A stretch of DNA of 64,000 nucleotides from Candidatus Kapaibacterium sp. (lineage in GTDB: Bacteria; Bacteroidota; Ignavibacteria; Kapaibacteriales; UBA2268). Shown piece after piece: positions 9,959 through 20,851 of the stretch. How positions within the stretch are numbered: position 1 is the first letter of the stretch; each line of letters begins with the position of its first letter. The notes under the pieces were generated by a model that saw only the letters and a program-made list of their open reading frames with translations, was not told the origin of the DNA and did no database searches. Where the stretch lies: assembly GCA_963665665.1 (NCBI GenBank), contig OY762428.1, positions 896,001 to 960,000 on the forward strand, in the 5' to 3' direction. A program made the position numbers and the translations under genes.

Positions 9959-12682
9959 CTATGAATAACAGGTTACGCTATTGGTCTTCTGAAGTGACAT
10001 ATCCAGCACTAACCTCGCATTATCAAATACAACTTCCGGAGATTCGCCTGAACTAATTTCAGAAATACCAATTGAAACGGTAACTGTATAGTTCTGCCCG
10101 TCGATATTGATTGATTCACCGGCTATTTCTCTTCTTATTTTTTCAGCCCACATCTGTGCCTGATCCAAATTCGTACCAACAAGTAATATGCCGTAAATAC
10201 TACCTTCAGCCCTGCCAAACACATCATAAGGCCTAATATTCCCTGATACCAAACCGATAGTATGATCAATCGCCTGTTCTAAACGTTCAGGATAGTTCTG
10301 CGGATCAAGCGAACTATAATAGTCCAGGGAAAACAAACAAAGTGAAGCACTCTGCCCAAAATCAACAGAGCGGTGATATTCCTCCTCGATCCTGTATCCG
10401 AAGGATGCTTCGTTCATCATACCGGTATTAGCATCGAAGAGTGCACTGGACTGAAGCATTTCAACAAAATGAATTCTTTCAAGAGCATTCCCGGTTTGAT
10501 AGCAGAGTGTTTCCAAAATATTTATATCATGGGGACTCAGCATACAGGGCTTTTCTGACTCGAAATACAGAACACCATAAGTAGAACGAAGAGTCCTGAG
10601 AGGAATCGGAAACGCAGCAATAAATCCTCCCTCAAGTCTTTCTTCTCCGGGATATATTCTGATTTGCGATGAATCCATAGATGATATTATCGATCTTTTA
10701 CCACTTTTAATCACCTGTCCGCATATTGTATTATTCAGATCAATTATTTTTGCCGGTATTTTATCAGATAAGCTGCCGTTAACATTTCTTTTTAGTATCT
10801 TCCAGGCATCAATTGATGAATCATAACCTATAACACCACAATGTTCATAATCAAACATTCCAGAAACTGTCTCATTCAGGGCATTCACAATTTCAATGAT
10901 TTCCGTTCCTGCTTTTTCCATCAGTCCCCTGAATTTTGAAAGGGCACCAAGAGTATTGGAAGCCTGAATAAGGTCGTATTTTTCTGTATATCCCTGGATC
11001 AGAGCTGCTATCATTTTGGAATAATGCCCCAGGAACCCGACAGTTACCGAATCATAAACATCACTAACATTGCTGTCGGCACAAATCACCCCTACAAGGT
11101 CAGATTCAAAGAATACCGGCACTCCGATAAAAGAGGAAATTTTTGCTGCTCTTTTATAATACGGCAACAGGTCAAGTTCGGCATTTGGATTTATCTCTGT
11201 AAGTATTTCCGGTTTTGCATTCATACATATCTGGCTGATAATGTCATTTCCTGCCGGAAAGCGCCTTTCTTCTTTAAGCGACCGAGGAACATCTGTCTCG
11301 AATGCTTCCAGAATCAATTCCCTTCTTTCGGAATTATACAGGAAAAATGATGCTGTCCGTGTATTGGTAACTGACCTTATGGACATTAATAAGCGCGACA
11401 GAAAATATTCAAATTCAAGCCTTGGTTCTGAATTTTCAATTTGAATATCTTCCATTAGGGAAGACAATGGCAATTCAATATCTTTAGTTTTATAATCAAC
11501 ATCCGGACAGTTTTCTTCCTGAATATTGCCGGTTGTTTTTTCATTTTCCTCAACTGTATCAAAATTCAATACTTCCTGAACATCCTTTGCCTTATCTTTT
11601 TTATCAATTATTTCCGGCACAGGTTGATCTTGAATTTCAGGTGGAATCGGTACAATTTTCTCTTTTATTTCAGGCTTTTGTTCATTCAGAGATTCCACTT
11701 CAGGCTTTTCCTGCCTTATTTCAGTTTTATTAACTATAGGATCTTTTGCAGTGGGTTCATCATCGGTTCTTTTAATTTTATCTGATACAGGACGATCAAT
11801 ATTCGAAGTTTGCTTCCTTTTTTTATTCCTGTTTTTCTTCCTTGCATTTTTCGAAAGTTTAGGCCTGATCGTCTGTTTTGCATCGGTTTCTGATGTAGCT
11901 GCAGCTGATCTTAGCTGATTGTTTTTTATTTCTTCAGGCCTTTCAGTGTTTTTCTCATTGTTTTCAGGTTCAGGAGTTTCTGGAATTTTAAGTGGTTCCG
12001 GAAATATTTCATTTTTTATTTCAGGAGGTTCATTTGTTTCAATTTTGGGTTCAGGTTGAGCATTGGATTTTTTTACACTTCCTTTTTTAATTATTCTGAA
12101 TCCCTCATCAGATCCCATAAAGTCATTATCAACACTATCCTGAGTAATTGATTTGTTTTCATCAATTTTGTTTTCCCTAAACGGCATTTTTGGAGGAATT
12201 GGAATATCCTTCTGTTTTGAATTATCTTCAGGTACTGGTTTTGGCTTTGGTGGTTGTTTTACCCTGGTTTCTATCGTTTCATTTGAAATTTCTTTTTCCG
12301 CAGCCGGCCTTGTAATAAAATCAGCAGCAGGTTTAGGAGCTGGCTTTCTTTTTGTCCGGAATTCACTGTCGTCGTCGCCAAGGGCATCATTAAAATTTTC
12401 AATAACAGTCCTTTTTGCTGAAGTATCTTTTGTATGTGTAACTTTAAATTTATCCTGAGGCTCCTTTGGTGTATGCCTTATGGCAACGGAATCGGAAATT
12501 CTCTGGGATATCAGCATGAATAACATTACAACACTCAGCACGGAGATACTGGCTCCTATTAGCTTTATTGCACCTTCGTCAAGGAAGATAGCAATAAGCA
12601 AACCTACAATAATCACTAAAATTAAGATAAAATCACTGGGTATAAGTAATTTTTTATAGTCTATTTTCCTGCCCTGGAACAT
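9959..12682 (-). CDS. Membrane-anchored GAF-GAF-degenerate GGDEF protein with a long disordered linker
   Basis: Two N-terminal TMs, ~330 aa P/K/E-rich linker and two GAF-like domains. The C-terminal GGDEF fold (FDANTGMMN, VTVSIGIS) has RAEGSIY at the catalytic position. Confidence 0.8.
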   Translation of the reverse strand: MFQGRKIDYKKLLIPSDFILILVIIVGLLIAIFLDEGAIKLIGASISVLSVVMLFMLISQRISDSVAIRHTPKEPQDKFKVTHTKDTSAKRTVIENFNDALGDDDSEFRTKRKPAPKPAADFITRPAAEKEISNETIETRVKQPPKPKPVPEDNSKQKDIPIPPKMPFRENKIDENKSITQDSVDNDFMGSDEGFRIIKKGSVKKSNAQPEPKIETNEPPEIKNEIFPEPLKIPETPEPENNEKNTERPEEIKNNQLRSAAATSETDAKQTIRPKLSKNARKKNRNKKRKQTSNIDRPVSDKIKRTDDEPTAKDPIVNKTEIRQEKPEVESLNEQKPEIKEKIVPIPPEIQDQPVPEIIDKKDKAKDVQEVLNFDTVEENEKTTGNIQEENCPDVDYKTKDIELPLSSLMEDIQIENSEPRLEFEYFLSRLLMSIRSVTNTRTASFFLYNSERRELILEAFETDVPRSLKEERRFPAGNDIISQICMNAKPEILTEINPNAELDLLPYYKRAAKISSFIGVPVFFESDLVGVICADSNVSDVYDSVTVGFLGHYSKMIAALIQGYTEKYDLIQASNTLGALSKFRGLMEKAGTEIIEIVNALNETVSGMFDYEHCGVIGYDSSIDAWKILKRNVNGSLSDKIPAKIIDLNNTICGQVIKSGKRSIISSMDSSQIRIYPGEERLEGGFIAAFPIPLRTLRSTYGVLYFESEKPCMLSPHDINILETLCYQTGNALERIHFVEMLQSSALFDANTGMMNEASFGYRIEEEYHRSVDFGQSASLCLFSLDYYSSLDPQNYPERLEQAIDHTIGLVSGNIRPYDVFGRAEGSIYGILLVGTNLDQAQMWAEKIRREIAGESINIDGQNYTVTVSIGISEISSGESPEVVFDNARLVLDMSLQKTNSVTCYS

Positions 12683-12736
12683 GCCACACCTGATTATAAA
12701 TAAATAATATTGCCCCCCGGTCTATAACCCGGCATA

Positions 12737-12744
12737 CAAAAATA
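12737..12744 (-). promoter_or_regulatory. Bacteroidota-type -7 promoter element
   Basis: TATTTTTG (TAnnTTTG) ~55 bp upstream of the start; AT-rich context makes a chance match possible. Confidence 0.35.
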
Positions 12745-12939
12745 TTAATAATTATCGAGATATATTAATATCAATTATTCCAATTCAAATTTTATCCGGT
12801 GTTTTTTATCCCCCCGGCTCTTCCTCATATCTGAATTTTCAACCGATAACATTTCCCGTCAGTTAAATAAAATTAATTTTATTTAGAATTCAAAATAAAA
12901 AATTGAAAAATTAAAAACTTAGGGCAATTTTTCTTATAA

Positions 12940-14676
12940 TTATCTGAATATTACAAATTTTGAGGAATAAATACTGCTATAACTTACAAAACGAATGAAA
13001 TAAATGCCATTGGAAAAGCTTTTGGTATCAATTTTAATCTTTATTCCTTCTCCGCGAAGTGAACTTTTAGATTTGTTTACTAATCTTCCTGTCTGATCAT
13101 ATATCATTAATGCAAAATCAGAATCCTCAGGATTATTAATAACAATCTCCATTTTTTCATTAGAAACAGGATTTGGATTAATTGAAATAATTCCGGCGGG
13201 AAAGCTGTCGTCGAAAAGCCTGGGAATCGGGTCAATACATAGATCACTCAGGCATATCATGCCCTTACTGAAATTTGAAGAATACTCGCTGCAATCCCAT
13301 TCGCATTCGATTGATATTTCGGTGCAGCTTTCATTTCCAAGCAGGGTTCTGAATTCAGGTCTGCCAATTATCGAATCAGCCGGGTTGAAGTCGATAGAGA
13401 TGAAATTTGTATCATTGCGAATATAATTGGCATCAAATCCGGACAATGGAAAAAGCATGCTTTTATTGAAGCCGAGAATTACTCTTCCTGAATTGATTCC
13501 GCAATCTGCCAAACCGTACTGATCAATAGAAACATCAATTATTAATATTGTATCAACTGGTACGCTCAAAGTATCGATCGAAATGGCAGAATAAATATCA
13601 GCTCCGGAAACTACTATACTGTCAGCAGAAGTACATCCAAGGCTGTTTGTTGAATAAATCCTGTAAGTACCCGGGGAATCAACCATAATTTCATTTTCTT
13701 CCGATCCGTTATCCCATTTATACTCTATTCCGGGTTCCGGGTCTACATAAAGTCTGGCAGAGCTGCACGGACACAAAGGTATATTTTCCGCGAAAATTTC
13801 CGTTTCCGGGCCTGGCACAACGTCAATCACAACTGAATCCAATAAGCTGCATCCAAGGCTGTCCTGCACAAGCACATATATCACTTTATTTTCATTCCCA
13901 CCAATCACAACAGTAGAATCAGTTCCCATAACGTCACCGTTATTTTCGAACCATTCAAATTTATATGGCAGGATACCCGACGGTACTGCGGCAAAGACCT
14001 CGGTACTGTCATCACGGCAGATACTAACTGTACCTGAAGTGTAGCTTGTCAGGAGGCAGGCAGGCTTAAGGGAGATATCGTCAAGTGCAAAATCATTACC
14101 CTTCAGTTCCAGGTTATTGTCGATAATTTTTATATCAACCGATTCAAGCCCGGGGGAAATCCACTCTATTTCGAATTCGGTCCAGTTGCAGGCCGTTGTA
14201 TCAAGCTGAATATCAGCATCAATTTTTTCATCTCCGAAATATACTTCCAGGGTAGCCGGATTTTCCTCATATACACTGGTATGCCAGAAGGAAAAACGAT
14301 ATTTTTTTAATGGTATCAGCCCTGAAACTTTTTGTGACCATACAAGCTGATTCCTGTAGAAGGAACCATTAACTGCAAGCATATTCCCCGCACCGCTTGT
14401 ATGATCGCTGCAATCAGAAAGAGTTGCATGAATTGCCTGCGGGTTAGTTACGATAGCATAGAAGCCTTCAGAAGAAATATCCGACGGAGAATATACATAA
14501 TCCGTTTTGAAATCAGTATTTCCGGCTTCAAAATCCCCATTTTTAATCATTTCAAAATCATCAGAAGGTTCCGGGATATTTCCTGCTTCAATCGGATTTG
14601 CAGTACAGAAAAAACATAATAAGAATATTAAGAAATATCCTGTTGATTGCCTTTTATTTCCTACAAAAGCTGCCAT
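12940..14676 (-). CDS. Secreted protein with T9SS type A sorting domain
   Basis: Signal peptide, NGDFEAG carbohydrate-binding-like N-domain, Cys-containing Ig-like repeats, C-terminal INPNPVS...IYDQTGRLV...NGIYFI...KFVI. Confidence 0.85.
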   Translation of the reverse strand: MAAFVGNKRQSTGYFLIFLLCFFCTANPIEAGNIPEPSDDFEMIKNGDFEAGNTDFKTDYVYSPSDISSEGFYAIVTNPQAIHATLSDCSDHTSGAGNMLAVNGSFYRNQLVWSQKVSGLIPLKKYRFSFWHTSVYEENPATLEVYFGDEKIDADIQLDTTACNWTEFEIEWISPGLESVDIKIIDNNLELKGNDFALDDISLKPACLLTSYTSGTVSICRDDSTEVFAAVPSGILPYKFEWFENNGDVMGTDSTVVIGGNENKVIYVLVQDSLGCSLLDSVVIDVVPGPETEIFAENIPLCPCSSARLYVDPEPGIEYKWDNGSEENEIMVDSPGTYRIYSTNSLGCTSADSIVVSGADIYSAISIDTLSVPVDTILIIDVSIDQYGLADCGINSGRVILGFNKSMLFPLSGFDANYIRNDTNFISIDFNPADSIIGRPEFRTLLGNESCTEISIECEWDCSEYSSNFSKGMICLSDLCIDPIPRLFDDSFPAGIISINPNPVSNEKMEIVINNPEDSDFALMIYDQTGRLVNKSKSSLRGEGIKIKIDTKSFSNGIYFIRFVSYSSIYSSKFVIFR

Positions 14677-14782
14677 AATGCAAATTAACCAAATCTTATG
14701 TTGCTGTAAAAGTTATTTTTCCATATTTTAATATATGTTGTTAAGAAATTACAACACTAATGATTAAAAAAATATTTTAGCT

Positions 14783-14814
14783 TTTGCTAATTATCCGTTA
14801 ACTCATTATCTTTG
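14783..14814 (+). promoter_or_regulatory. Bacteroidota-type sigma-A promoter upstream of sucD
   Basis: TTTG, 20-bp spacer, TATCTTTG (14807-14814). Confidence 0.55.
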
Positions 14815-14979
14815 TTATTAGCAATTACGCTTAATATGAAAAAATGCTAACACAAGCCGGGAAAAAGGCAGTTACAGCAAGGCAAAGGATCAGACAGCAG
14901 GAAATTCAGGATTATGTAATTGAATTAATTTGAATTTGAAATTGGATCCTTTTTATTGTATAATTTATGGGAATAATAT

Positions 14980-15924
14980 ATGAGTATTCTTGTTGACAAA
15001 AAATCCAAAATCCTGGTACAGGGGATAACCGGATCAGAAGGTACATTCCATACTTCCCAAATGTTAGAATATGGAACGAAAGTTGTGGCCGGCGTTACTC
15101 CCGGCAAAGGCGGAACAAACTACAAAGGCAAAGGCGAGATAACATTTAAGAAAGCCGTGCCTGTTTATAACACCGTTAAAGAAGCTGTTGCTGCAAAAAA
15201 AGCTAATGTTTCGCTAATTTTTGTGCCGCCGCCCTTTGCAGCCGATGCGATCCTTGAATCCATCGATGCTGAAATTCCTCTAATTATTTGTATTACCGAA
15301 GGCGTTCCAACAAGGGACATGATCAAAGTAAATGAAGCTCTTGCTAATTCAAATTCAAGGCTTGTAGGGCCAAACTGCCCTGGCGTTATTACTCCGGGAC
15401 AGGCTAAAGTCGGTATCATGCCAGGATTTATCCATAAAGAAGGCAATATTGGCGTTGTTTCCCGCAGTGGCACGCTTACTTATGAAGCTGTTAAACAGCT
15501 TACAGACCTTGATCTTGGCCAGTCAACATGTATAGGAATTGGCGGCGACCCGATTATCGGTACGCCATTCCTGGATGCTGTTACACTCTTCAACGAGGAC
15601 CCCGATACGCACGCGATACTTATGATCGGTGAAATTGGCGGTAATGCCGAAGAAACAGCAGCTGACTACATTAAGAAAAATGTTAAGAAGCCTGTTGTTG
15701 GTTTCATTGCCGGAAGAACTGCTCCTCCCGGACGCAGGATGGGGCATGCCGGTGCTATCATCGCAGGTGGCAAAGGCACTGCCGAAGACAAAATTGCAGC
15801 TTTGAAAAAATCAGGTATATCCGTAGCTGATTCACCTGCAGAAATTGGTGTTACAATGCAAAAAGCGCTTGAAAAAGCTGCAAAACCCAAAAAAACAACA
15901 AGGAAAAAAGCTGCTGCAAAATAA
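14980..15924 (+). CDS. sucD: Succinyl-CoA ligase subunit alpha
   Basis: [42 protein letters not shown] (phospho-His). Confidence 0.97.
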   Translation: MSILVDKKSKILVQGITGSEGTFHTSQMLEYGTKVVAGVTPGKGGTNYKGKGEITFKKAVPVYNTVKEAVAAKKANVSLIFVPPPFAADAILESIDAEIPLIICITEGVPTRDMIKVNEALANSNSRLVGPNCPGVITPGQAKVGIMPGFIHKEGNIGVVSRSGTLTYEAVKQLTDLDLGQSTCIGIGGDPIIGTPFLDAVTLFNEDPDTHAILMIGEIGGNAEETAADYIKKNVKKPVVGFIAGRTAPPGRRMGHAGAIIAGGKGTAEDKIAALKKSGISVADSPAEIGVTMQKALEKAAKPKKTTRKKAAAK

Positions 15925-16094
15925 TCAGTAATTATGAATTGTAAAATAAGGGTGATAAACTTATAAATTTTAAAGGTTTTTCACCCTTCTATTGTGTATA
16001 ATCGAAAATATTCAGAAATTTGTTTGAGACCTTTTTGCAATTAATGGGTCTTTGTATATTAGAAAGAATATATTTTTTTGAAAGGAATAGAAAA

Positions 16095-16520
16095 ATGGGC
16101 AACAGGACACTCGCCATAATTAAACCGGATTCGGTTAAAAAAAATGTTATAGGGCAGATAATTACAAAAATTACTGACGCTGGCTTTAAAATCAAAGCTA
16201 TGACCATGATGAGTATTACTCCCAAACAGGCCGGGACATTTTATGAAGTACACAAGGAAAGGCCATTTTACGCTGACCTCCTTGAATATATGAGCAGCGG
16301 ACCCGTCGTTCCCTTAGCACTTGAAAAAGAAAATGCTGTTGAAGACTTCAGAAAGCTTATCGGTAATACTGATCCTCAGAAAGCTGACGAAGGAACAATA
16401 CGCCAGTTATACGGAACAGATATTGGAACAAATGCCATACACGGTTCGGATTCCGATGAAAATGCAGCTATTGAAATTGGTTTCTTCTTCAGCGGCAGTG
16501 ATATTGCATCGATGAAATAG
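16095..16520 (+). CDS. ndk: Nucleoside diphosphate kinase
   Basis: [28 protein letters not shown]. Start moved to ATG 16095 (preceded by aaagga). Confidence 0.96.
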   Translation: MGNRTLAIIKPDSVKKNVIGQIITKITDAGFKIKAMTMMSITPKQAGTFYEVHKERPFYADLLEYMSSGPVVPLALEKENAVEDFRKLIGNTDPQKADEGTIRQLYGTDIGTNAIHGSDSDENAAIEIGFFFSGSDIASMK

Positions 16521-16553
16521 CGTACTTTGAATTTAATTGAACTTAGATTGTAA

Positions 16554-17084
16554 ATGCTGAAAAAACTAAAGAAAATCTCGGGAGGGGTAAAATATTCAAA
16601 CCCCTACTGGAACTATAATATTGACAATTACGAAATGCCAAATGGCAATACAGGGGATTATCATTACGTCAGTTCAAGGGGGTCAACTATGATAATCCCC
16701 AGGATCGGTGATAAATTTCTGCTGACAGCTCAGTTCAGGTATCTGAACCAAAAAGTCAGCCTGGAATTTCCCGGTGGCGGTATTCAGGAAGGAACAAATC
16801 CCCTGGACAACGCAGTGAAAGAGCTTAAAGAAGAAACAGGGCGTGATCCCGGGAAAATTACTTTTCTCGGCGAGCACAATCCCTTCAACGGGGTAACGAA
16901 TGAAATATGCAGGGTTTATCTCGCTGAGAAATTGAGACCCTGCAATGATAAACCCGATGACTCGGAAGAATTTGAATTATATTTGATGACTGAAAATGAG
17001 ATTATTGACAAAATACAAAAAGGAGAAATATGGGACGGAATGACATTGGCAGCATGGGCCCTGTATTATTTTTCAAAAAGGTAA
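16554..17084 (+). CDS. NUDIX hydrolase (ADP-ribose pyrophosphatase-like)
   Basis: Nudix box GGGIQEGTNPLDNAVKELKEETG. Confidence 0.88.
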   Translation: MLKKLKKISGGVKYSNPYWNYNIDNYEMPNGNTGDYHYVSSRGSTMIIPRIGDKFLLTAQFRYLNQKVSLEFPGGGIQEGTNPLDNAVKELKEETGRDPGKITFLGEHNPFNGVTNEICRVYLAEKLRPCNDKPDDSEEFELYLMTENEIIDKIQKGEIWDGMTLAAWALYYFSKR

Positions 17085-18070
17085 ATATTACCATTTTAAT
17101 ATTTTTCATATCCTTCGCGGGTTTTAATATTTATAGCCTGTCAGCCCAAACAAAAGGCGAGGATACCAAAAAGAAAAAAGAAAAAGCTCTGGAATACAGA
17201 TTACAAGCAAATTTTCCTCTTAAAATGTATTTCAACTATAAACTAACTGAATCAACAAAAGTCTGGCGTCAGTTCTCCGATAGTTCAGTGATTGAATACG
17301 AGCGTGAAGTAACATATTATTTCACTCATTTCGCACCCAATCCTCCCGATGACGGTTTCCAGCAGGTCAGGGTGATATTTGATTCCCTGAGATATAAATT
17401 CAAAGAAGGCGACGCTGTTTTTGAATTTGATTCTCAGGCAGAAGAATTGCCCGCATCCAGCTTTATCGACCTTACTGCTACAACAGTGCCTATGGGAAGA
17501 AGTTTCGAAATGTTTTACTCGCCTTACGGTGATGTTGCAAAAATTGAAGGCAAGGATATTGACTGGCTTCTGAACTTTCTCAGAGAATCAGCAGGAGCAT
17601 TTCCGGATACTGTCAGTGCTTATATATGGTATCATGGCATTTCTGACCCCCACCTGCAGAATATCGCTGATATACAGAAAGGCTCGCTCCCTTCAGGTTT
17701 TATTGCCGAGGATTCTACCTGGGAATCGAGATTTAACATAGAATTAGACGGAATAAAATTCCGTGATACTTTAAAATCAGAAATTATTGAGAACAAAGCC
17801 GGATTCATTACCGTAAAAGGTGAAATTGACAGCCTTATGCCCCTGCCAGAGCAATACAGGCTATATGGAATTAAAAATTCTCTTGTTAATATTGACGCTG
17901 GAAGAGGAAAGGGAAGCTATATGATAGAACTTACTCCGAGACGCGCCATTAATCTTGCTAAAGCTGAATTCTATGCCGAAGTGGTTGCAAGGGTGAAACG
18001 TTCCAAATTCAAACAAAAGATCCATACCAAAATGACATGGGAACTTATAAACCAATTCAAATTCAAATAG
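17030..18070 (+). CDS. Hypothetical exported protein (start uncertain)
   Basis: 346 aa ORF with a signal-peptide-like hydrophobic stretch ending LSAQ; no recognised family. Confidence 0.65.
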   Translation: MGRNDIGSMGPVLFFKKVNITILIFFISFAGFNIYSLSAQTKGEDTKKKKEKALEYRLQANFPLKMYFNYKLTESTKVWRQFSDSSVIEYEREVTYYFTHFAPNPPDDGFQQVRVIFDSLRYKFKEGDAVFEFDSQAEELPASSFIDLTATTVPMGRSFEMFYSPYGDVAKIEGKDIDWLLNFLRESAGAFPDTVSAYIWYHGISDPHLQNIADIQKGSLPSGFIAEDSTWESRFNIELDGIKFRDTLKSEIIENKAGFITVKGEIDSLMPLPEQYRLYGIKNSLVNIDAGRGKGSYMIELTPRRAINLAKAEFYAEVVARVKRSKFKQKIHTKMTWELINQFKFK

Positions 18071-18112
18071 AAATTTCAGCAGAGTAAGCAGCCACAAAAA
18101 CTCCTTCCAACT

Positions 18113-18145
18113 CCTCCGGTGATTCTTAGCCACCGGAGGTTTTTT
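18113..18145 (+). terminator. Intrinsic terminator
   Basis: cctccggtg...caccggagg followed by tttttt. Confidence 0.7.
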
Positions 18146-19733
18146 AATTTTTTTCCTCTAATGTCCTATAAAGTTCATCAATTCTGTCGTCAATTGTTTT
18201 GTCATCCGGCCATAGTTTTTTTAATTTTTTCAGTAAGATCAGAGACGAATCGGGTTTGCCTAATGCAAAGTATGCATATACAAGTCCTATCATAGCATAT
18301 TTATGGTCGGATTTTAGTTCAAGAGCTTTTTTCAGATGGTTCAGGGAAGCATAATAATCTCCGCTGCCAAAGAAAAAATGTCCGGCGTCATATTGAAATT
18401 TATAATTATATGGCGATAGTCTTACTGCTGCACTAATCTGCCTCTCCGCTTGGTCATTATCCTTCTTTTCAAGCATTACTTTATATAATATATAGTGATA
18501 CATAGCCCTGTCCGGGAAGTCGTCAACAGCGCTTGAATAAAAGTTCTCAGCGTTTTTGTATTCAGCTGAAAAAGAGAAAGACAACACTGAAAATATAAGA
18601 AGGATTATTATCCAAATATATGCATATATTTTAATATGTCTCTTATAATCAAATTTTACTATCATTGCCAGCATAATTATTATCAACCCGGCGGTTGCTA
18701 AATATGCACGGCATTCTAAGTATTCGTTCCATTCATGGGCATTCAGCAAAGTTATATAAGTACCCGGTAATACAAACAGAAGAAAAACAGCAATTCCGAA
18801 AAGTAATGTTTTGCCGGGTTTGAATTTAATAGTCAGAAATGCCAAAATGACAATAAAAATTATTCCGGTTATTGTTATTGAAAATGAATAAACAGGCAGA
18901 ACCGAAAGATCAATGGGAAAAACAAATTTAGAAACAAACTCCGGCAGGACCCTCAGGTTTGACAAAACCTCAGTAAAGCCACTTTCGTAAACAGGTTCGC
19001 CAAGAGTCGCATTTGATCTTAATATGAACCATATACCCGGGGGAATTAAAAAGAAAAGAACATGCCGATATTGCGATGCTGAATTCTTAGCACTGCGAAT
19101 ATATATGATAAGTGCCGGAAAAACAGGTAATAACAGGGCAGTTTCTTTTGATAATATTGCTAAAAGACAGAAGAAAACAGAAAATATTAAAATGATATTT
19201 TTTTGATTGTTAAGAAATTTTATAAAGAATATCATGGTCAGCATTGAGAATAGTGCCATCATCATATCATTTCTCCCGGCTATCCACGCTACTGCATTCG
19301 TCAGCAGTGGATGAGAGGCAAACAAAGCTGCCCCGGCAAATGCCAATATCCTGTCGAAACCGAGCAGCCCAAGCAGGATATAAAGACATACAGAGCATGC
19401 AATATGCAGAATAAGATTTGTTATATGATAAACCAGGGGATCGCTCCCCCCTATCGAATAATCAAGGACAAACGATGCCATAACAAGCGGCCTGTAATAA
19501 TCCGTTGTCATGTATCCCTTTTCAAACTCCGATGGGATATTCGAAATAGATGCTAAACGTGAGGAATCCCTTAAAATAATATCCGAGTCATCACAATAAA
19601 CATAATCATTACTTAGAGAATTGAAATAGATAAGAATGGGTAGAAGAATAAGAATAATTATAAATATGATATTTTTATTTTTTACTAAGTAATTATTTAG
19701 GCTCTCCTCTCCTGTTTTTTTTTTGATTTTCAT
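18144..19733 (-). CDS. GT-C fold membrane glycosyltransferase-like protein with C-terminal TPRs (TMTC-like)
   Basis: Many TMs, DD motif (YVYCDD), YYRPL, YHITNLILH, LFASHP..AVAWIAGRND, TPR-like helical C-terminus. Confidence 0.75.
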   Translation of the reverse strand: MKIKKKTGEESLNNYLVKNKNIIFIIILILLPILIYFNSLSNDYVYCDDSDIILRDSSRLASISNIPSEFEKGYMTTDYYRPLVMASFVLDYSIGGSDPLVYHITNLILHIACSVCLYILLGLLGFDRILAFAGAALFASHPLLTNAVAWIAGRNDMMMALFSMLTMIFFIKFLNNQKNIILIFSVFFCLLAILSKETALLLPVFPALIIYIRSAKNSASQYRHVLFFLIPPGIWFILRSNATLGEPVYESGFTEVLSNLRVLPEFVSKFVFPIDLSVLPVYSFSITITGIIFIVILAFLTIKFKPGKTLLFGIAVFLLFVLPGTYITLLNAHEWNEYLECRAYLATAGLIIIMLAMIVKFDYKRHIKIYAYIWIIILLIFSVLSFSFSAEYKNAENFYSSAVDDFPDRAMYHYILYKVMLEKKDNDQAERQISAAVRLSPYNYKFQYDAGHFFFGSGDYYASLNHLKKALELKSDHKYAMIGLVYAYFALGKPDSSLILLKKLKKLWPDDKTIDDRIDELYRTLEEKN

Positions 19734-19793
19734 TTCATTAAGTATTCCATTATTTATTAAATAATATTTTCATTTCTTTGATATTTTATCCAT

Positions 19794-20657
19794 TCAGACT
19801 TTCAATGTTTCTGCATCCAGTCCGGTTATCTTTTCCACCTGACTGAGTGACAAACCTTCCTTGAGCATAGATAGCGCCATATCCCTTCTTTCTTTAAACC
19901 TGACTTCTTCGATAGCAGTATTCAGGCTGTTGGTCAGGTCTCGATTGATTTTGACACTTTCTTCATAAGCCATGTATTGTTCTTGTGTAAATTTTGCAAT
20001 TTCAGCAGTCTCGAAGAATTTTGTAAAGATTTTATCTTTAAGTTTCAATGGAATTTCGTCTAACTTCGGAAGATTTTTTAACAGGTAAAGCCAAGTTTCA
20101 AACCTGTTACTTAATTCATCGAAGGTTTTATTAAATTTAGGCATTTCAAGATATATAAAAACAAGTTTGTCGTTGAAAATCCTGCATTTCTTCAAATCAG
20201 CTATGTTAATTTTATAGAGGTATCTATCCGGGTCTTCCTTATCATCGTCAAAAATAAAATCGAGTATGGCAATAGTATAAACTCTTTTCAGGTTGTAATC
20301 CCATTTGCTTTCCCCTTGCCGGGCAATTGGAAATGTTGAATAGTAGAGGCTTCTGTCCTTAAAGAATTTTTGCATTGTTTTCTGCATTTCAACAATGAAT
20401 GTTTCTCCTTTTTCATTCACACATGCAAGGTCAAAAATTACTTTTTTATCAGATTCGGTTTTACCAGGTTGCTCGTTTTTTATGTATGTAAGGCTCTTTA
20501 TTTCACCTTGTTCTTCTCTTAAAAGTTCATTCAGAAAATCAAGAAGCAGATCCTTGTTTGGTTCCTCGCCAAAAAGCTTTTTGAATCCAAAATCGGTAAA
20601 AGGATTGATATATTTTTCATTAAACTTAACACTCATTTTTTTCTCCTTTTCAACCAA
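19794..20657 (-). CDS. Rpn family PD-(D/E)XK nuclease (recombination-promoting nuclease/putative transposase)
   Basis: YINPFTDFGFKKLFGEE, FDL..IVEMQ, DRSLYY, C-terminal MLKEGLSLSQVEKITGL. Alternative start ATG 20636. Confidence 0.92.
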   Translation of the reverse strand: MVEKEKKMSVKFNEKYINPFTDFGFKKLFGEEPNKDLLLDFLNELLREEQGEIKSLTYIKNEQPGKTESDKKVIFDLACVNEKGETFIVEMQKTMQKFFKDRSLYYSTFPIARQGESKWDYNLKRVYTIAILDFIFDDDKEDPDRYLYKINIADLKKCRIFNDKLVFIYLEMPKFNKTFDELSNRFETWLYLLKNLPKLDEIPLKLKDKIFTKFFETAEIAKFTQEQYMAYEESVKINRDLTNSLNTAIEEVRFKERRDMALSMLKEGLSLSQVEKITGLDAETLKV

Positions 20658-20761
20658 GTCAGAGATAAGATCACAGTTTGTAATATAATCAATATATGAA
20701 TATAATCAATTTAAAAAGTATAGCACCTGAAACTGATTTTTTCCTCAAATTATTTTTTCTT

Positions 20762-20792
20762 TTTGAAAATTAATAAGCTTTTGCTACTTTTG
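20762..20792 (+). promoter_or_regulatory. Bacteroidota-type sigma-A promoter
   Basis: TTTG, 19-bp spacer, TACTTTTG (20785-20792). Confidence 0.5.
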
Positions 20793-20851
20793 CTGAAATT
20801 ATTTTTCAACGAGTACGGAACGAACTATAAAACTATTTTACTTTCTTAATT

